From positions 124,001 to 188,000 of the forward strand of contig CBFFRP010000133.1 of the NCBI GenBank assembly GCA_965644295.1: a stretch of DNA of 64,000 nucleotides, in the 5' to 3' direction. The notes below the pieces were generated by a model. That model did no database searches and was not told the DNA's origin. It worked only from the letters and a program-made list of their open reading frames with translations. The translations under genes and the position numbers were made by a program. The DNA comes from Paraphysomonas bandaiensis. Taxonomy: Eukaryota; Protista; Chrysophyceae. Numbering within the stretch: position 1 is the first letter of the stretch; every line of letters begins with the position of its first letter. Of the stretch, positions 23,142 to 35,591 are shown one piece after another.

Positions 23142-25657
23142 CTACGTATAGTGCCTACGCCGCGTGGAGGAGGCGCTGCGTGGACGGTGAAAGTACTGCG
23201 CAGCACCACTGGATCGATTTGCCGATGCGCTGCGAGGTCGAACATGACCTTTCGAAGACCCGTCCCCTGAGCGATGAAGATTTCCATTCGACCCAGTGTG
23301 AGTATGAGTGTCTGACCGGGGTACTTCCTGGGCAGCGGTGCTATATTTCTTTGTCACATCCCCACCGCTGCTTACCACCCCCGGTGCACTGGGGCGTCGA
23401 TCAGTGGCGCTCCCATGCCGGTGATTGTCACCTTTCAGTGTATGTAGGAGCAGGTAATACAGCGTTGCCAGAGATGAGTGAGTCCTGCTCATTACTTGTC
23501 GTACCACATCATCCTTATCAACTCCAAAGTCTGCCAGCTCATTGATAACGCTATCGTTAATATCGTCAGCTGGACGGTCAGATATGAGAATCGCGGTTTC
23601 TTTTTGTATTTTGCTCATATCTGGTGCGTTGACGAGCTGTGTATGCAACCAAGGGTGCCTTAGTACATTTGCAGATGATATTCGAGTATAAGCATCCACA
23701 GTGAGCAGCTGTCTTATCAGATCTCGCACAGGGGTCGAAAGCTCATCCGGGATAGTAAAGGAACCCCTTGCGATGCGGCGATAAAGATCTGGGTAACTCT
23801 TTGCACGGAATGGAAAACATCCGCACAGCAGCGCGTAAAGCAATATCCCAAGTCCCCACATATCTACAGGCTTCCCTTCATATTCAGTACGACGAACGAT
23901 TTCTGGTGCCATGTAACTGGGTGTGCCACAAAACACTCGCAACTTCTTTCCATCCGGAGATACGGTAGAAAAACCAAAGTCAATTAACTTTATGTCTTTA
24001 TTTTTGTCGAACAACACATTTTCCAACTTGATGTCTCGGTGGATAATGCAATGCTGATGGAGATGGTCCAACGCTTGAGCTAACTGGAAAAAAATTCGCT
24101 TGCTCTCTTCCTCTGACAGTCGCCGCTTACTCTTAACGTAAGAGCACAGATTTCCTCCCTCAAGGCACTCCATTATTAAATGCATACGCTTCGGAGTCTC
24201 AACAGCCTCATAGAGACGCGCGATACGGGGATGGGAAACTTGCTCCATAATTTTAATTTCGCTCTGCATAACAAAAGTACTGGTTAGAGACATATAACTG
24301 CAATTGACATCATGACAACTGTCAGCACAGTGAGTTTGTCATCTATATGTGACTTCACACTGACCTGCACCCTCTTCCAATGCTCGGGGTCCTTCAGTTT
24401 GCTCTTGTCGTACGTTTTTATCGCTACCTTACTGCTGGTTAACCTGTGCCAGGCAGCTCTGACCTTACCGTAGCTTCCCACCCCCACAATCTTCCCAACC
24501 ATATACATGTCCATCAGAGCTGTAGAGGCCGGTCCACCCGCCGGAGGATGTGCCATCGTACCGCGACAAGTAAGTATTATTTTTTGTAGTTCGACAGCCT
24601 CTTTCAAGGAGCAGAACTGGTTTGGAAGAGTGGCCAGCCGAGGATACTCTCCAACCTCCTCAATACTGCTGCCGTTGCGCAAATCCGCACTCCCGTGTAT
24701 GTGTACGCTACTCTTTTCTCCTAACTCTAGAGAAGTAGAAGGTGTTGACACCTCCGGATGGGTTTGAGTATTACTTCGACTCTCGAAACTTTGTTTGTTT
24801 CCTCTCTCCTCAGTCCCCAACCCTCCATCTGCTTCTCGCCCCTCTCCCATGACATCTTCGCCCTCCCCTGCATCGTCTTCGTCGTCATTATCGTCATCTA
24901 GTGCTTTTGCGGGACGACGTTGATTATACCCACTATCTGGTCTCTGGTATCCTCCTGAAGTAGCAGACTTGGTAATGATGGGGGTGCTATCTCGGTTAGA
25001 AGCGACAGCCACTGCCTGCTCCACTGCTGCAGAGCGCTGAGCTACCTGAGCATTATACTGGTTGCCAAGGTTGATAGCTGCTCGGATACGGGACGAAGCT
25101 GATGTAGGGCGCCCATAGCTACCCTGGGGTTCCTTCGGCTGTATATCAACTTCCTGTGAAGCATCGTTTGATGGGCGAGAGGAGCGATGTTTCTCACTCT
25201 CGACTGCACCGGAACTTCCCACAGCAGCACTTAAGCCGTAATGCAAGCGGTACGACGTATTCCACCTGTCCGAGGCATCTGCACCGCTGCTTCGATAAGA
25301 GTTGGGGTTAGACCCCTGCGGACCGGTTAATAAAACCTGTCTATTCAGAACCGGAGTCGGAACGGGTTTCTCAATTGGAATTTCGTCGTGTGTTCCTGAT
25401 GAGTACTTGCCCTGTGACTTGGAGCGACCCATACTAGCAGATTTAGGTCGAGCATATCCAGGAGGATTAGACGGTTGTGTACTCTCTTTTCTTTCCACAT
25501 ACTGAGTTTGAATACCATTTGGGGTCCAAATTGTGCGTTTTTTCATATTGTCTGTATTACTAGGCCGATTTGCCCCGGCACTAGACGGCCGGTGACTAGT
25601 GCGGCGGCTATGGTGACCGTCACTACTTTCCGCGCGTTTGTCGGAGAAAAAATTCAT
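23142..25657 (-). CDS. CAMK-group Ser/Thr kinase (MARK/SNF1/AMPK-related) with long disordered N-terminus and UBA-like domain; at least 2 exons
   Basis: Kinase motifs GVGSYGKV, VAIK, HRDIKLEN, DFG and FCGTPSYMAPE; UBA-like INELADFG...ATLYYLL. A 101-nt intron at 24264-24364 joins KRVQ|SEIKIM. An extra 3' intron near the stop is possible. Confidence 0.92.
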
Positions 25658-26667
25658 TGTGGGGTGGTTAGAAGCATATCCACTCCCTGCTGGGCGTCGA
25701 GTTGCTCCAGCAGAATTAGGACGACTACTTCTACTAGAGCTCTGTTCATCAGATTAAAGGCTCAACGTAAATGTGAAAAAATGGAATTTACCTTGTAACC
25801 AGAATAAAAATTCGGAACATTTCCTCCGCTATACCCACTAAACCTTATATACTAATTAGGCACAGTTGGTAATGAATTTCATTCTTACCTAGAATGATAA
25901 CCACCAGTAGACATCGTAGATTTCAGATTAAACTAAGCACCACTCACTTAATGCAACTACGAATCCATGGGTCCCGAGTAACAGTACATATAACATTTCA
26001 CGTGAATGAATAAATGAACAGTATTTAATATCTCGGCTATTCACTCCCTCCCTTAAAACTGTTGAGGTTCAAATAAAATCAACCGCATTTCGTTACTGTA
26101 ATTTTCACGAAAATACGTTTGTGTATATATACCTGAACACACCACGAACTGCATGTACAGTAGGATTCTGCTGTTCTTTGTTGCCGTTTCTTTGTCTCAG
26201 CGTTGCAAGAAATACGTCAAATACGTACTGTATACCATAGCCTCATCACTTGAAACGGCAGAACATATTAGCTGTATACCGGTATACGGTACTTTCATAA
26301 GTTCCGCTGCTCTATACGCCGACCTGCTCATGGCTATTCGGTATTCCTAGGAATACAGTGTTTGTTCATGTCGTGGTCCAGATATCTGGAAAGCGTTTCA
26401 CAAAATCACACCACTGCGGCTACATCGTGTGCCATATACTGGTACAGCTTTGCTTGTTGTACAATATCCGGATATCTATGATTCTTACCCGACGTCGAAG
26501 ATGGCCCTGATTAGGAATGATTGAAATCATCTTATGACAAGTAGATGTGCATAACGACCACCAACAGTACAGCAACAATAATTCGTAACAAGCAGCAATG
26601 AATAATGTAATAACCGCGTTCCCGTAATGTCCGAATGTGATTGTGACTGATTGGCACCAGCAAAGCA

Positions 26668-27408
26668 ATGGGAGGAGGCAGTAGCACTTTCGTTATGAAT
26701 TCTGATGTGGAGGGCCAGGGCCCTGAAATAATGGATCTAAAGAAACAACTTCGTTTGAAAGATCACGAATTAAATAAATACTGGACAGCCTTTTGTAAGG
26801 TTGATAATACTTGTTGCGGAACAGTTAGTTTGGAACGATTTCACACATTTTACAAGCTAGATCAAACACCATTCAGCATGAAGGTGTTCTCCATCATGGA
26901 CAATGATGGCAGCGGTGGTATAAACTTTCATGAGTTTGTTCTCGCGATTTGGAACTATTTGTCGCTAGATGTAAATTCGCTTGCTAGATTCTCATTCAAA
27001 TTGTATGACACTGACAGTTCACAAGTTATGGAAAAAATGGAAGTTGAAGCGATGGTTGCATGTGTGTATGGAACCAGTGCAGGAACAAATGACCGTGTAT
27101 CGAAGGTATTGGAAAAACTTCAACCTGAAGATGGAAGAAGTATTACCTGTGATGAATTTATAGGGTTTAGTAAACAATATCCTCTTCTTTTGTACCCAGC
27201 TTTCGTTATGCAAAATGTGCTGAGAAGGCATATTTTTGGGGAGGCGTACTGGGAAGCAATAAGTGTGGAAAGAGCCCGCAATATGTCAGACAAAACAATA
27301 TTCGATATTTTGAAAGAAGAAGCGCAGGTGGAGAAAAAGATTGGTAGAGATACACCGCAGCAATATTTCAAAGAATTAGAGTCAAGAAGTAGACCGGAAC
27401 CTAGGTAG
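26668..27408 (+). CDS. EF-hand calcium-binding protein (calcineurin-B/NCS-like) with N-myristoylation motif
   Basis: 246-aa ORF starting MGGGSS, with EF loops DNTCCGTVSLER, DNDGSGGINFHE and DTDSSQVMEKME. Confidence 0.88.
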   Translation: MGGGSSTFVMNSDVEGQGPEIMDLKKQLRLKDHELNKYWTAFCKVDNTCCGTVSLERFHTFYKLDQTPFSMKVFSIMDNDGSGGINFHEFVLAIWNYLSLDVNSLARFSFKLYDTDSSQVMEKMEVEAMVACVYGTSAGTNDRVSKVLEKLQPEDGRSITCDEFIGFSKQYPLLLYPAFVMQNVLRRHIFGEAYWEAISVERARNMSDKTIFDILKEEAQVEKKIGRDTPQQYFKELESRSRPEPR

Positions 27409-27797
27409 AGTACATCAGTGAATGTTTAATTTTCGATATTGTTTCACTGTACTTCCATTGGTGCATGTGTGTAATTGTAACGACATATTCTATACTTAAT
27501 AGCAGTAACGATATTCTATTTTACAATATTTGTTCCAATACACGCACATTGTCGTTTCTGCGAATTACTCTCACTCATTTAGAACTTTTTGACGAAGTAC
27601 AACCGTCAAAGCTGTGAAGGGTTTAAAGTTTCTCTAGCAGTATGCTTGTTTAACTGAACGATAGTATGCTTGTCATTGTGAGAGGGTATGTTTGAGTTAT
27701 TGATTGTAATATATTTTGGTGTGTAAGTAATTTATCGGTATTTTACTCATACCAATAATAGATAACGAAATCCAAAATTAAGTATACCTCACTCGAC

Positions 27798-28380
27798 CCT
27801 CAACAAAGTCGGACTCGCACCTTTGTGTGATGCTCTGGGGGATAAGTACCGGATATACTTCTCCGGGAAACTAAAATGAGCCCCATATAGAGTCAGCAGA
27901 TATCAGATGTTGTTCTACCCAGGTCCTGGTAACGTCTTTCAGCCTTGACGAATAAATTAGTATCCAGGAATGGAATAAAGAATTGATCTTTATAATAGTA
28001 AAACAATGTTGTGATTATTAGAGTGTAAGTAATGAACACGATAGAGTGAAAATTATGAATAGCAATATAGAACGTAGCTATCATGCACAACGGAATAGTT
28101 AGAAGTGTAACTGATAATGACGACGTTATGATGACGATCACCTATCTTCGACAGATACTCTTTCTAATTCAGTTTATGGTGTATTTCATTGAACATTATA
28201 ACTCACAGATACAATCATGTATTAAGCTGAATCCTAATAAATGGGTCCACTTTAAACTACTTCGAAGGCATCCGGGGTATTGGGCTGCCTGCTGAAGTCA
28301 AGCATCCGGGATGTTCACCTTAAGGACACAAAAATCCTGAACAGTAGGCAGATGTCAGTTATATCAACATTCATTGCACG
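27798..28380 (+). mobile_element. 5' portion of LTR-like family A interrupted by a ~300-bp AT-rich insertion
   Basis: Family A blocks at 27798-27970 and 28265-28375 flank unrelated sequence. Confidence 0.7.
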
Positions 28381-28399
28381 AGTGTTCTTTGAGAAAGTA

Positions 28400-29530
28400 A
28401 ATGATGATAACAAAGAATTTTCAATATTATAGAGACTTGGCAATATGCCGTGAGTGTCCTGTAGAAAAGATGTTCTGAAGCGAAAGAAGGGTTGTGGGTG
28501 GAGCAACGCAACCTGTCGCAGCATGTCATCACACACGATGGATGGAAAGATAAAGTTTTAGCTGCCCAGCGTGATGGTGGTGCGATGGGTATCTCAAGCG
28601 TTGGAGTGGGTGACAATGGATAACCTTCCATTTTCTTTTGTGGAAAAGAGATTGGCTCAAAAGAACACCAGGTTGAGTAATACGGAAGTATGTAGATGTA
28701 TATGGAAGTCTTGAACTTAGAGGTCGAAATCGATGCTTCCAATGCATTTCGGTTTGATTGTTGATAGATGGACGTGCATCAAGGAACAGTAAAATTAAAA
28801 TATTTTTGCTTGATAAGTAGAATGACAGCTGAGGTAGCTATATTGGCAGCTAATGTAGTCTAGTATTAAATAATTGCAATTGTAATTCACTACAACCTGC
28901 GCAAATTGACAATTAATTGACGCAGGTTGTAGTCCATTATAATTGCAATTATTACTTGCTGACTCAATTTCAACTATTGCAATTAACTGCAATTAATTGC
29001 AATTATTTAGTAGTAAAATACACTAGCTGCGAATATAGCTACCTCAACTGTCATTTCATTCCAGAGGCAACGATTCATGCGTAAAAACATAATTAGCACT
29101 AAATGTTGAGGAGTCAAGCTCTTGAGGAGGCCCGTCATAACAATCGTAGCTCAACTGAACAACCTTATTGGTTGTGCTATGCAAGTGTTTCATCCGTAAC
29201 GAGTTTGCTGGTTAAGTCTTGCTCGCTTCCGCTGCCTGCTACCATCAAACAAACGTTGCGCTGCATCGTCATTCGGAGCTAGACTCGCACCGTCATAATC
29301 TTCTTCTTCCTCATCGAACATATGTATTTTAGTTTGATCCTTTGCCGTCCGAGTTACGGCTTCGTTGCCACATTGAATCTTCACGACTGCCTTTTCGAAA
29401 GCAGCGTTATGAATAATAGCAGCACTGTCGCCCAGATGACGCTCAACAATCGGGTGCATTATGAAGGGTTCGTCAATCAATGTACAAACGTCGTGGAAGT
29501 CAAGCTGGTGTTAACCTTACTTCTGTAATT
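28400..29530. mobile_element. Rearranged hAT transposase remnant (family H2): 5' part on +, 3' part on -
   Basis: 28470-28590(+) matches 32840-32940(-) (GWSNLSQ.VI...GWK.KVL.AQ..GG.M). 29190-29480(-) encodes HLGDSAAIIHNAAFEKAVVKIQ and RKRARLN, also seen at 32250-32670. AATTGCAATT subterminal repeats at 28870-29010. Confidence 0.75.
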
Positions 29531-30510
29531 GTACAACACTTATTTTTATAATGCAGGGCATATAATATACATGTATATACTCTGTATATAGGTGGATAGT
29601 CCTACAATTAGACTTTTAACACACCGGAACCAAACTCGAATGATCGCATAGGATTAGAAGCAAGTAGCGACCAATCACGGAAAATGTGGAGCCCCTTCAA
29701 TTAATCTTTACATCAACACTCTGCGTGACCGACAAAGCCAGAGCATAAATAGCTGCATAAGGATCGTTACAGTAAACTTATTATGCTTGTTCACCTCTTC
29801 ACCTTATCCAGATAGTACGAGTGAACCACGGAAAAAATCAGTATCCTTCGACATTGAGGGCAACAATATTACGATCTTGAATATACAATGAAAAATATCA
29901 CCAATTGCGTCGTGAAGCCAGAGAGTTAACATTGGGCTTCAACCTTGGATACAATGCATAACTGCTGCTGACCCTTACCAGCAGCAAGAGTTTATAGTAT
30001 GCGTTTAAACTCAAAAGAGTCTTTATTTTATCGTGGAAATGACAAGATAATGCATGCAGGTGAGAAATGAGTCTATCAGCTACTACTAAGTGATGAAACA
30101 TGATTGGGTAGCAGAGTCTTATATTATTACAGTACATACATGTGTTTTATAGTGCTTTTACAATGATTTACTTGTGGTACTAGGAATTCCTACGGCTTTA
30201 CATATATACATGAATGCACTACTCAGTATACACTGCATGTCAGGACCACTACGACGTCGTTGGACATAGTCCTAGTAGTTCCTACATACTTGGTCAAAGT
30301 TGGTCATCGAAATGACTTGTGGACACTGGGACGATAATAACATGACCACTGAAGACGGCGGTAATACAGATAGAATACTACTGTATTCTGTACAGGATAC
30401 CGGACTGCAGAGTATGTATATGATGATGGCATTATATGATACTAGATACAGCCACCTCCGCAGGTGTTCCAAGCAGTGTAATCTTGTTTGTGCACCTTAC
30501 ATGGCGAAGT

Positions 30511-31616
30511 ATGGCAACGAGTGTACAAGATTTCATCAGCACAGCAGCCAGAGAGAACTCAAAACTAGTTGCTGTGACATCAGGTGGTTTCCACTCAATT
30601 TTTTCTCGCCCGAGTTTACTTATGGATGTAGGGGGCACTACTGTCAATCTGGAGCAGAACACGGTGAGGTATATTGATAACTTCTCGTCAGGGGAGCGCG
30701 GCGCACTATCAGCGGAGTGGGTTATGACTCGCAGTTGATTTCAAAGAGATGATGCGGTACTTTGCAGGTATTTTCTAAGAAGTGGCTACTATGTTGTGTT
30801 TCTTGCGAGAAAAGGATCCATTATGCCTTTCACCAAAGAATTCCGCAAATCTATATCGCATCATATTGATATGAAATTTTTATCATGTCTTAGAGCACAA
30901 GGTGAGTATCACTACACGGTACTCGTATATAGCATTATATTTCGGTAGATGGGAGGTTAGAGTTCAGCACTAACGATGAGCTTAAGAAAGAGTATGCCGA
31001 GTATATGGAGTATAAGGACCATATTTTTGTCATGAACTTTACTTCTGTTGATGAGTACTTGGGACAACTAGAAGAAGTGGCTGTTGCCATAAGAACGTTT
31101 TTTGCTGTTCCGCAGCATGCCATGCTATATCTGGCTGCGGCTGTGAGTGACTTCTACATTCCAAAAAGTAAGATGCCAATGCACAAAATTCAATCTGGTG
31201 ACACACTTTCTCTCTCTCTTGACCCGGTGCCCAAAATGCTGGGTCGTTTGGTGAATGAGTGGGCTCCGTCGTCGTTTGTTGTGTCTTTTAAACTTGAAAC
31301 GGACGAGACGTTGCTTGTGGAGAAAGCCACCTGTGCAATAGAAAGGTATGGTGTTCATTCTGTGGTGGCCAATCAGCTTCAGGTAATTCATATATGTTAT
31401 ATGCTATATGCTTTGACAACCTTGGGGTCGGAATAGACTAGACGAGACGTTGTACGGTTGGTGGACGGACCTGTACTCCTACGAAATCACTCCATAAACG
31501 GCGGCTGTGCTGTATCAGTACTCTATCGGCCTGAGAATGAGTCTTACATTGAAGGGTTGCTAGTGTCTGAGATTATTTCTAGGCACAAGATATTCGTTGA
31601 GGCAGCTCATACATAG
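30511..31616 (+). CDS. PPCS: Phosphopantothenate--cysteine ligase (CoA biosynthesis, CAB2/CoaB family); 5 exons
   Basis: Motifs [54 protein letters not shown] and VVANQL. Introns at 30584-30631, 30717-30767, 30902-30948 and 31383-31436. Confidence 0.93.
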
Positions 31617-32036
31617 ATATGTATGGGAAAATTTTCGACACATGCACTTACCAGTGTATTGATTATCAGTAATGTATTTGGATGGTGAAACGTAAGTAAC
31701 CGAAAAATAAACTCACTCAATAATCGATTAATTAAAATTGTAATTACCGTCTCTTATCATTCATTGCTATTCACTAAATATTAACCTCACTACTATCAAT
31801 AAATATTATGAGATCTAGATAGTCAGGATCTTATGCAGTATACAGTATATCAGGGCCTTGTAACGGCCGATATATGTATTATCTAGTTAGATATTAAAGA
31901 CCATTATAATTGCCGAGAACTGGGCATCCATTAGTTGGTACCAGGTCCTGCAATATTTCAGTTTCACTGACTTAATCTTCATAATATCGTATCATCAATT
32001 TACGAAATGCTGTTTATAAGTACAGTATTCTCGAAG

Positions 32037-33377
32037 CAAGGTTGCGTGACAATTAATTGCCGCAAGTTGTAGTAAATTAAAATTGCAATTATTACTTGCT
32101 GTCCCAATTTCAATTAATCGCTATTAAACTACGTACGTATATATATAGGTATATATTAGTTGCCAACATAGCTTGTCAACTGTCATTTCATTCATGTGTC
32201 GATGATCCATGCGTAAAAGCATAAGTACCTCTATATAAGCCGAGGAGTCATAGTATTGCGCAAATCAGCCATATAACAATATTAGTTATAGCATGTAAGT
32301 GCCTCATGCTGCGGTATCGATATTGTTTATTGAAGCGTGCTCGCTTCCGTCGCCTGTTACCATTAACCAAACGCTGCGCTGTGAATAATCTTTCCACAAT
32401 ATTGGTTATAGCATGCAAGTGCCTCATGCTGCGGTATCGAGATTGCTTATTGAGCCGTGCTCGCTTCCGTCGCCTGTTACTATCAACCAAACGCTGCGCT
32501 GTGTTGACACTCTGAACTTATCCGTCATTGTTATCATTATCTTATTCCTCATTTAGACAAAATATTCTACTTTGAGCCTCTTCCGTTACCACTTTGTATC
32601 TTCACGACTGCCTTTTTTCGAATAGTAGCGTTATGAATAGTAGCAGCATTGTTGCCCAGATGACGCTCGACAAGTTCAAGCTTCCATATATTTGGTTAAT
32701 GTTGATCTGGAAATAATACTAAAGCTGATGTTCTTTCGTGTCATGGCTTTTCTACAAAAAACAAGAAGGAATATCACCCATACGATCAACTGCACACGCA
32801 TTCCACGTACTTAGTGATACATTGCGCTCCACGTAGCTATTCATTGAACCACCAGTTTGCTGAGCACCCAAAACTTTCCCTTTCCATCCCGTCTGCTTGA
32901 TGACAGGCTGCGAGAGGTTACTCCACCCATTATCCTTCCTATAGAGCACTCACGACATTGTTGTGGAATGCCAAGTCTCGATTGCAACTTCTCAAAGAAC
33001 ACAATGTCTTCTCGTACAGACCATCTTCTTTTAAAACATACACTGACTGCACTCATATGACAATCATAACTTATGTATTAAAATATCGACGTTGAGAAGT
33101 GATGATTCACCATCACGAATGATTTAGAGCTGGTTCTGTAGTTGTCTGCCTTTCTGGTAGACGTTGTCAATGAAGGTTCTTTCCAGCTGCCGTTTCTCAG
33201 TTTCACAATGAACACATTTGAACATAATATGTTAATGGTAATTTTGAACTTTTAACTAGCTATATGTAGAATTGCGTGTAGAAACGTAAAACTATTAATT
33301 GCAATTATTACTTGATGATACCTCAACTTCAATTATTGCAATGCCAATGAATGGCAATTAATTATTACGCAGCCCTG
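32037..33377 (-). mobile_element. Internally deleted hAT element (family H2) with TIRs and a ~120-bp internal tandem duplication
   Basis: Ends CAAGGTTGCGTGACAATTAATTGCC and GGCAATTAATTATTACGCAGCCCTG are inverted. Peptide RYRSMRHLHAITNIVERLF (hAT dimerization-like) is duplicated at ~32275-32502. The TSD is only a weak match. Confidence 0.8.
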
Positions 33378-33927
33378 TCTTTAATCTTTAAGTAACGCGC
33401 ACAATTCAAATACCTTGAAATACAGCTTTTAATTGCTCACAGACAAGCAAAACTCAACATTGATTGCCTGTTAATCTTGTTGTAGATGAATACCATATAT
33501 ATGGGAATTGGAATGTATGCTTCCTACTTATATATCATCTATTGCTAATTGTGTATCTGAAAGTTTTTCTTTTACTTTCACTGCAAAGAGACAAAACATA
33601 CGTTACAGAACATGGCATATGTTTGTTACATGTCTCAACCAGAGTTTAACATGTCAAAAAGCAATACAAAGGTACAATAAGTATGCAGTGGCCCTCCGTG
33701 CTTAAAAAAATATTATCTAAATCGTATTATTACGAGTTTCAAGAACGTCAACATCATGAACAGCAGTCGATCCACTGTGCATTAGATGACAGATAAATAT
33801 AGAATTCTGCATGCGAAAAAATGACCAGCCTCCATTAAAGCAACACCACATGATGATGAACAAAACACCACCAAGCAATGGAGATATGACTCCGTCCACT
33901 CCAATACAGCAACTCGCGAACCTCTTG

Positions 33928-35047
33928 CTATGCGTAGCTTTCATCTTCATTTTGGGTCGTCCAGCTATCAATGAAGAGCTTGAGTTTATGTGCTAGTAAA
34001 TCTCGAGCTTTCGTTGTGGCCAGCTGAATATCAATGGTGCATTCGGTACCTATCAATGACATGCACTGCACAGAAGTTATATCTAAAGCCGCCAACGAGG
34101 TAAGTTGTTACCTCTCCTTGCTTGTCGGTACTATTGGTCCGTACAAACCCAATTGAGTGCGTTCCCGGACGAATTTCTGCTATATCATTTATTTGAAGGC
34201 CCTGTCAAACCGTTAGCTACAAGACAAAGAATGAGACTGGTTCACCATAGGCTTTCTAGAGAAATCGAATATGGATCGCTCCATAGGTTGCACGAGGAGT
34301 TTCTTCGAATTCTCGTCGAATACGATGTAGGACTGGATAACTCTTCCATTCGGGTGGTGGTGTAGTACCTGCAAACCACGGGAGAGGAGTTCTCGCAATT
34401 GAGCGGCGGCATTCGAACCACGATCGGCATCCGCAATCTTGCCTTGAAGGGTCCACCTTAACTTAGCTCTCAGAGTCTTTTCCATTTCAGTGAGCACATC
34501 GTCGATAACAAGTTGGAACCTCTCGTGAAACCAGTCCCGAGAGAACTACACATATAGCATTAAGTAATATCGCCCCCCCTATTCAATTTCCTACCTTAGA
34601 AGGTAATTGAAGACATATGGTTCTTTCAGTGCCTATTAAAGCAAGACACTGGTCCTCTTCCTCTGGAGGCTCGGCATTATTTACAAAATCGTATGCATTC
34701 GCTCCTTCTCTGACTTCGCCAATATCCCTCAAATATAGCCCTGGGGGAATTTTGCCCTTGGATCGGTCATGTTGCGAAGGTCTGGCAACGTCAACACATA
34801 TTCTGAGAATATCCGGATCCTAGACATAATATTAGAACAGAAAACATTACAAAAGCAGAGCTCAAGGAGCTACGTATCCAAATATGATACATATAGCTCG
34901 GTCTCTCCTCTCGAATCCTACCATCCAAACAATCTTTTTAAATTTAGTTGGACCGCGCTTAGCCCGCACATCGAAATGAACCATCTCTACACCCTGGGTG
35001 AGAATTTGAAAAGCCTCCCTAACTTTAACCTCTCGTCCCTGAGACAT
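33928..35047 (-). CDS. Protein with two tandem PH-like (PLC-type PH) domains; 5 exons
   Basis: Introns at 34820-34921 (102 nt), 34546-34594, 34202-34245 and 34066-34111 give a continuous frame. It has two similar halves (GLYLRDIGEVREG..CLALIGTERTICLQL and GLQINDIAEIRPG..CMSLIGTECTIDIQL). The PH assignment is from pattern recall. Confidence 0.8.
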
Positions 35048-35591
35048 AGACACTCAGACATGGTGAATAGATGAAAAAACGGAACACAGCACACTCACAT
35101 CATCAGCCATAGTAAATTCAACTGCAGGTGAACGACACGATACTATACACTCTTGATCAATTTAGATTAATGAATCAAACGAAGCCACTCATACAAAAAG
35201 CTTGAGTTAATTGACAAGATCTTAAATCTCACTAATATCAATTATTATAACACATGTATACACCGTACAGTGTAGTTCGTACAACAATTATCGTGCTGGT
35301 ATACAGCGCTACCTGATCTGCCCTCCTCGACATTGAATGTTGAGTTGAAATTTTCATTTTTTTTAATCTGTGAGTGGGGATATTCGTGTATATACCTACA
35401 TATACAGAGTACAGCAAAAAAACTTCGATAGTATCTTTAAACGATTTCAGTTTAGCGTTGGACGATACCACTTTGCTTGTACGAAGTGCACGACAATTCT
35501 GGAGTTTGGGTGTGGCTAATTTGTCCATTCGAGTTGAATGTACAGCAACTTTCGCTGAGCGTCAACAGTGAGCAGATACGTCAATCCACCT

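Noticed and set aside
22967-23545. 192-aa plus-strand ORF and similar antisense ORFs over real genes
   Set aside because: These are shadow frames of well-supported opposite-strand genes and show no motifs.
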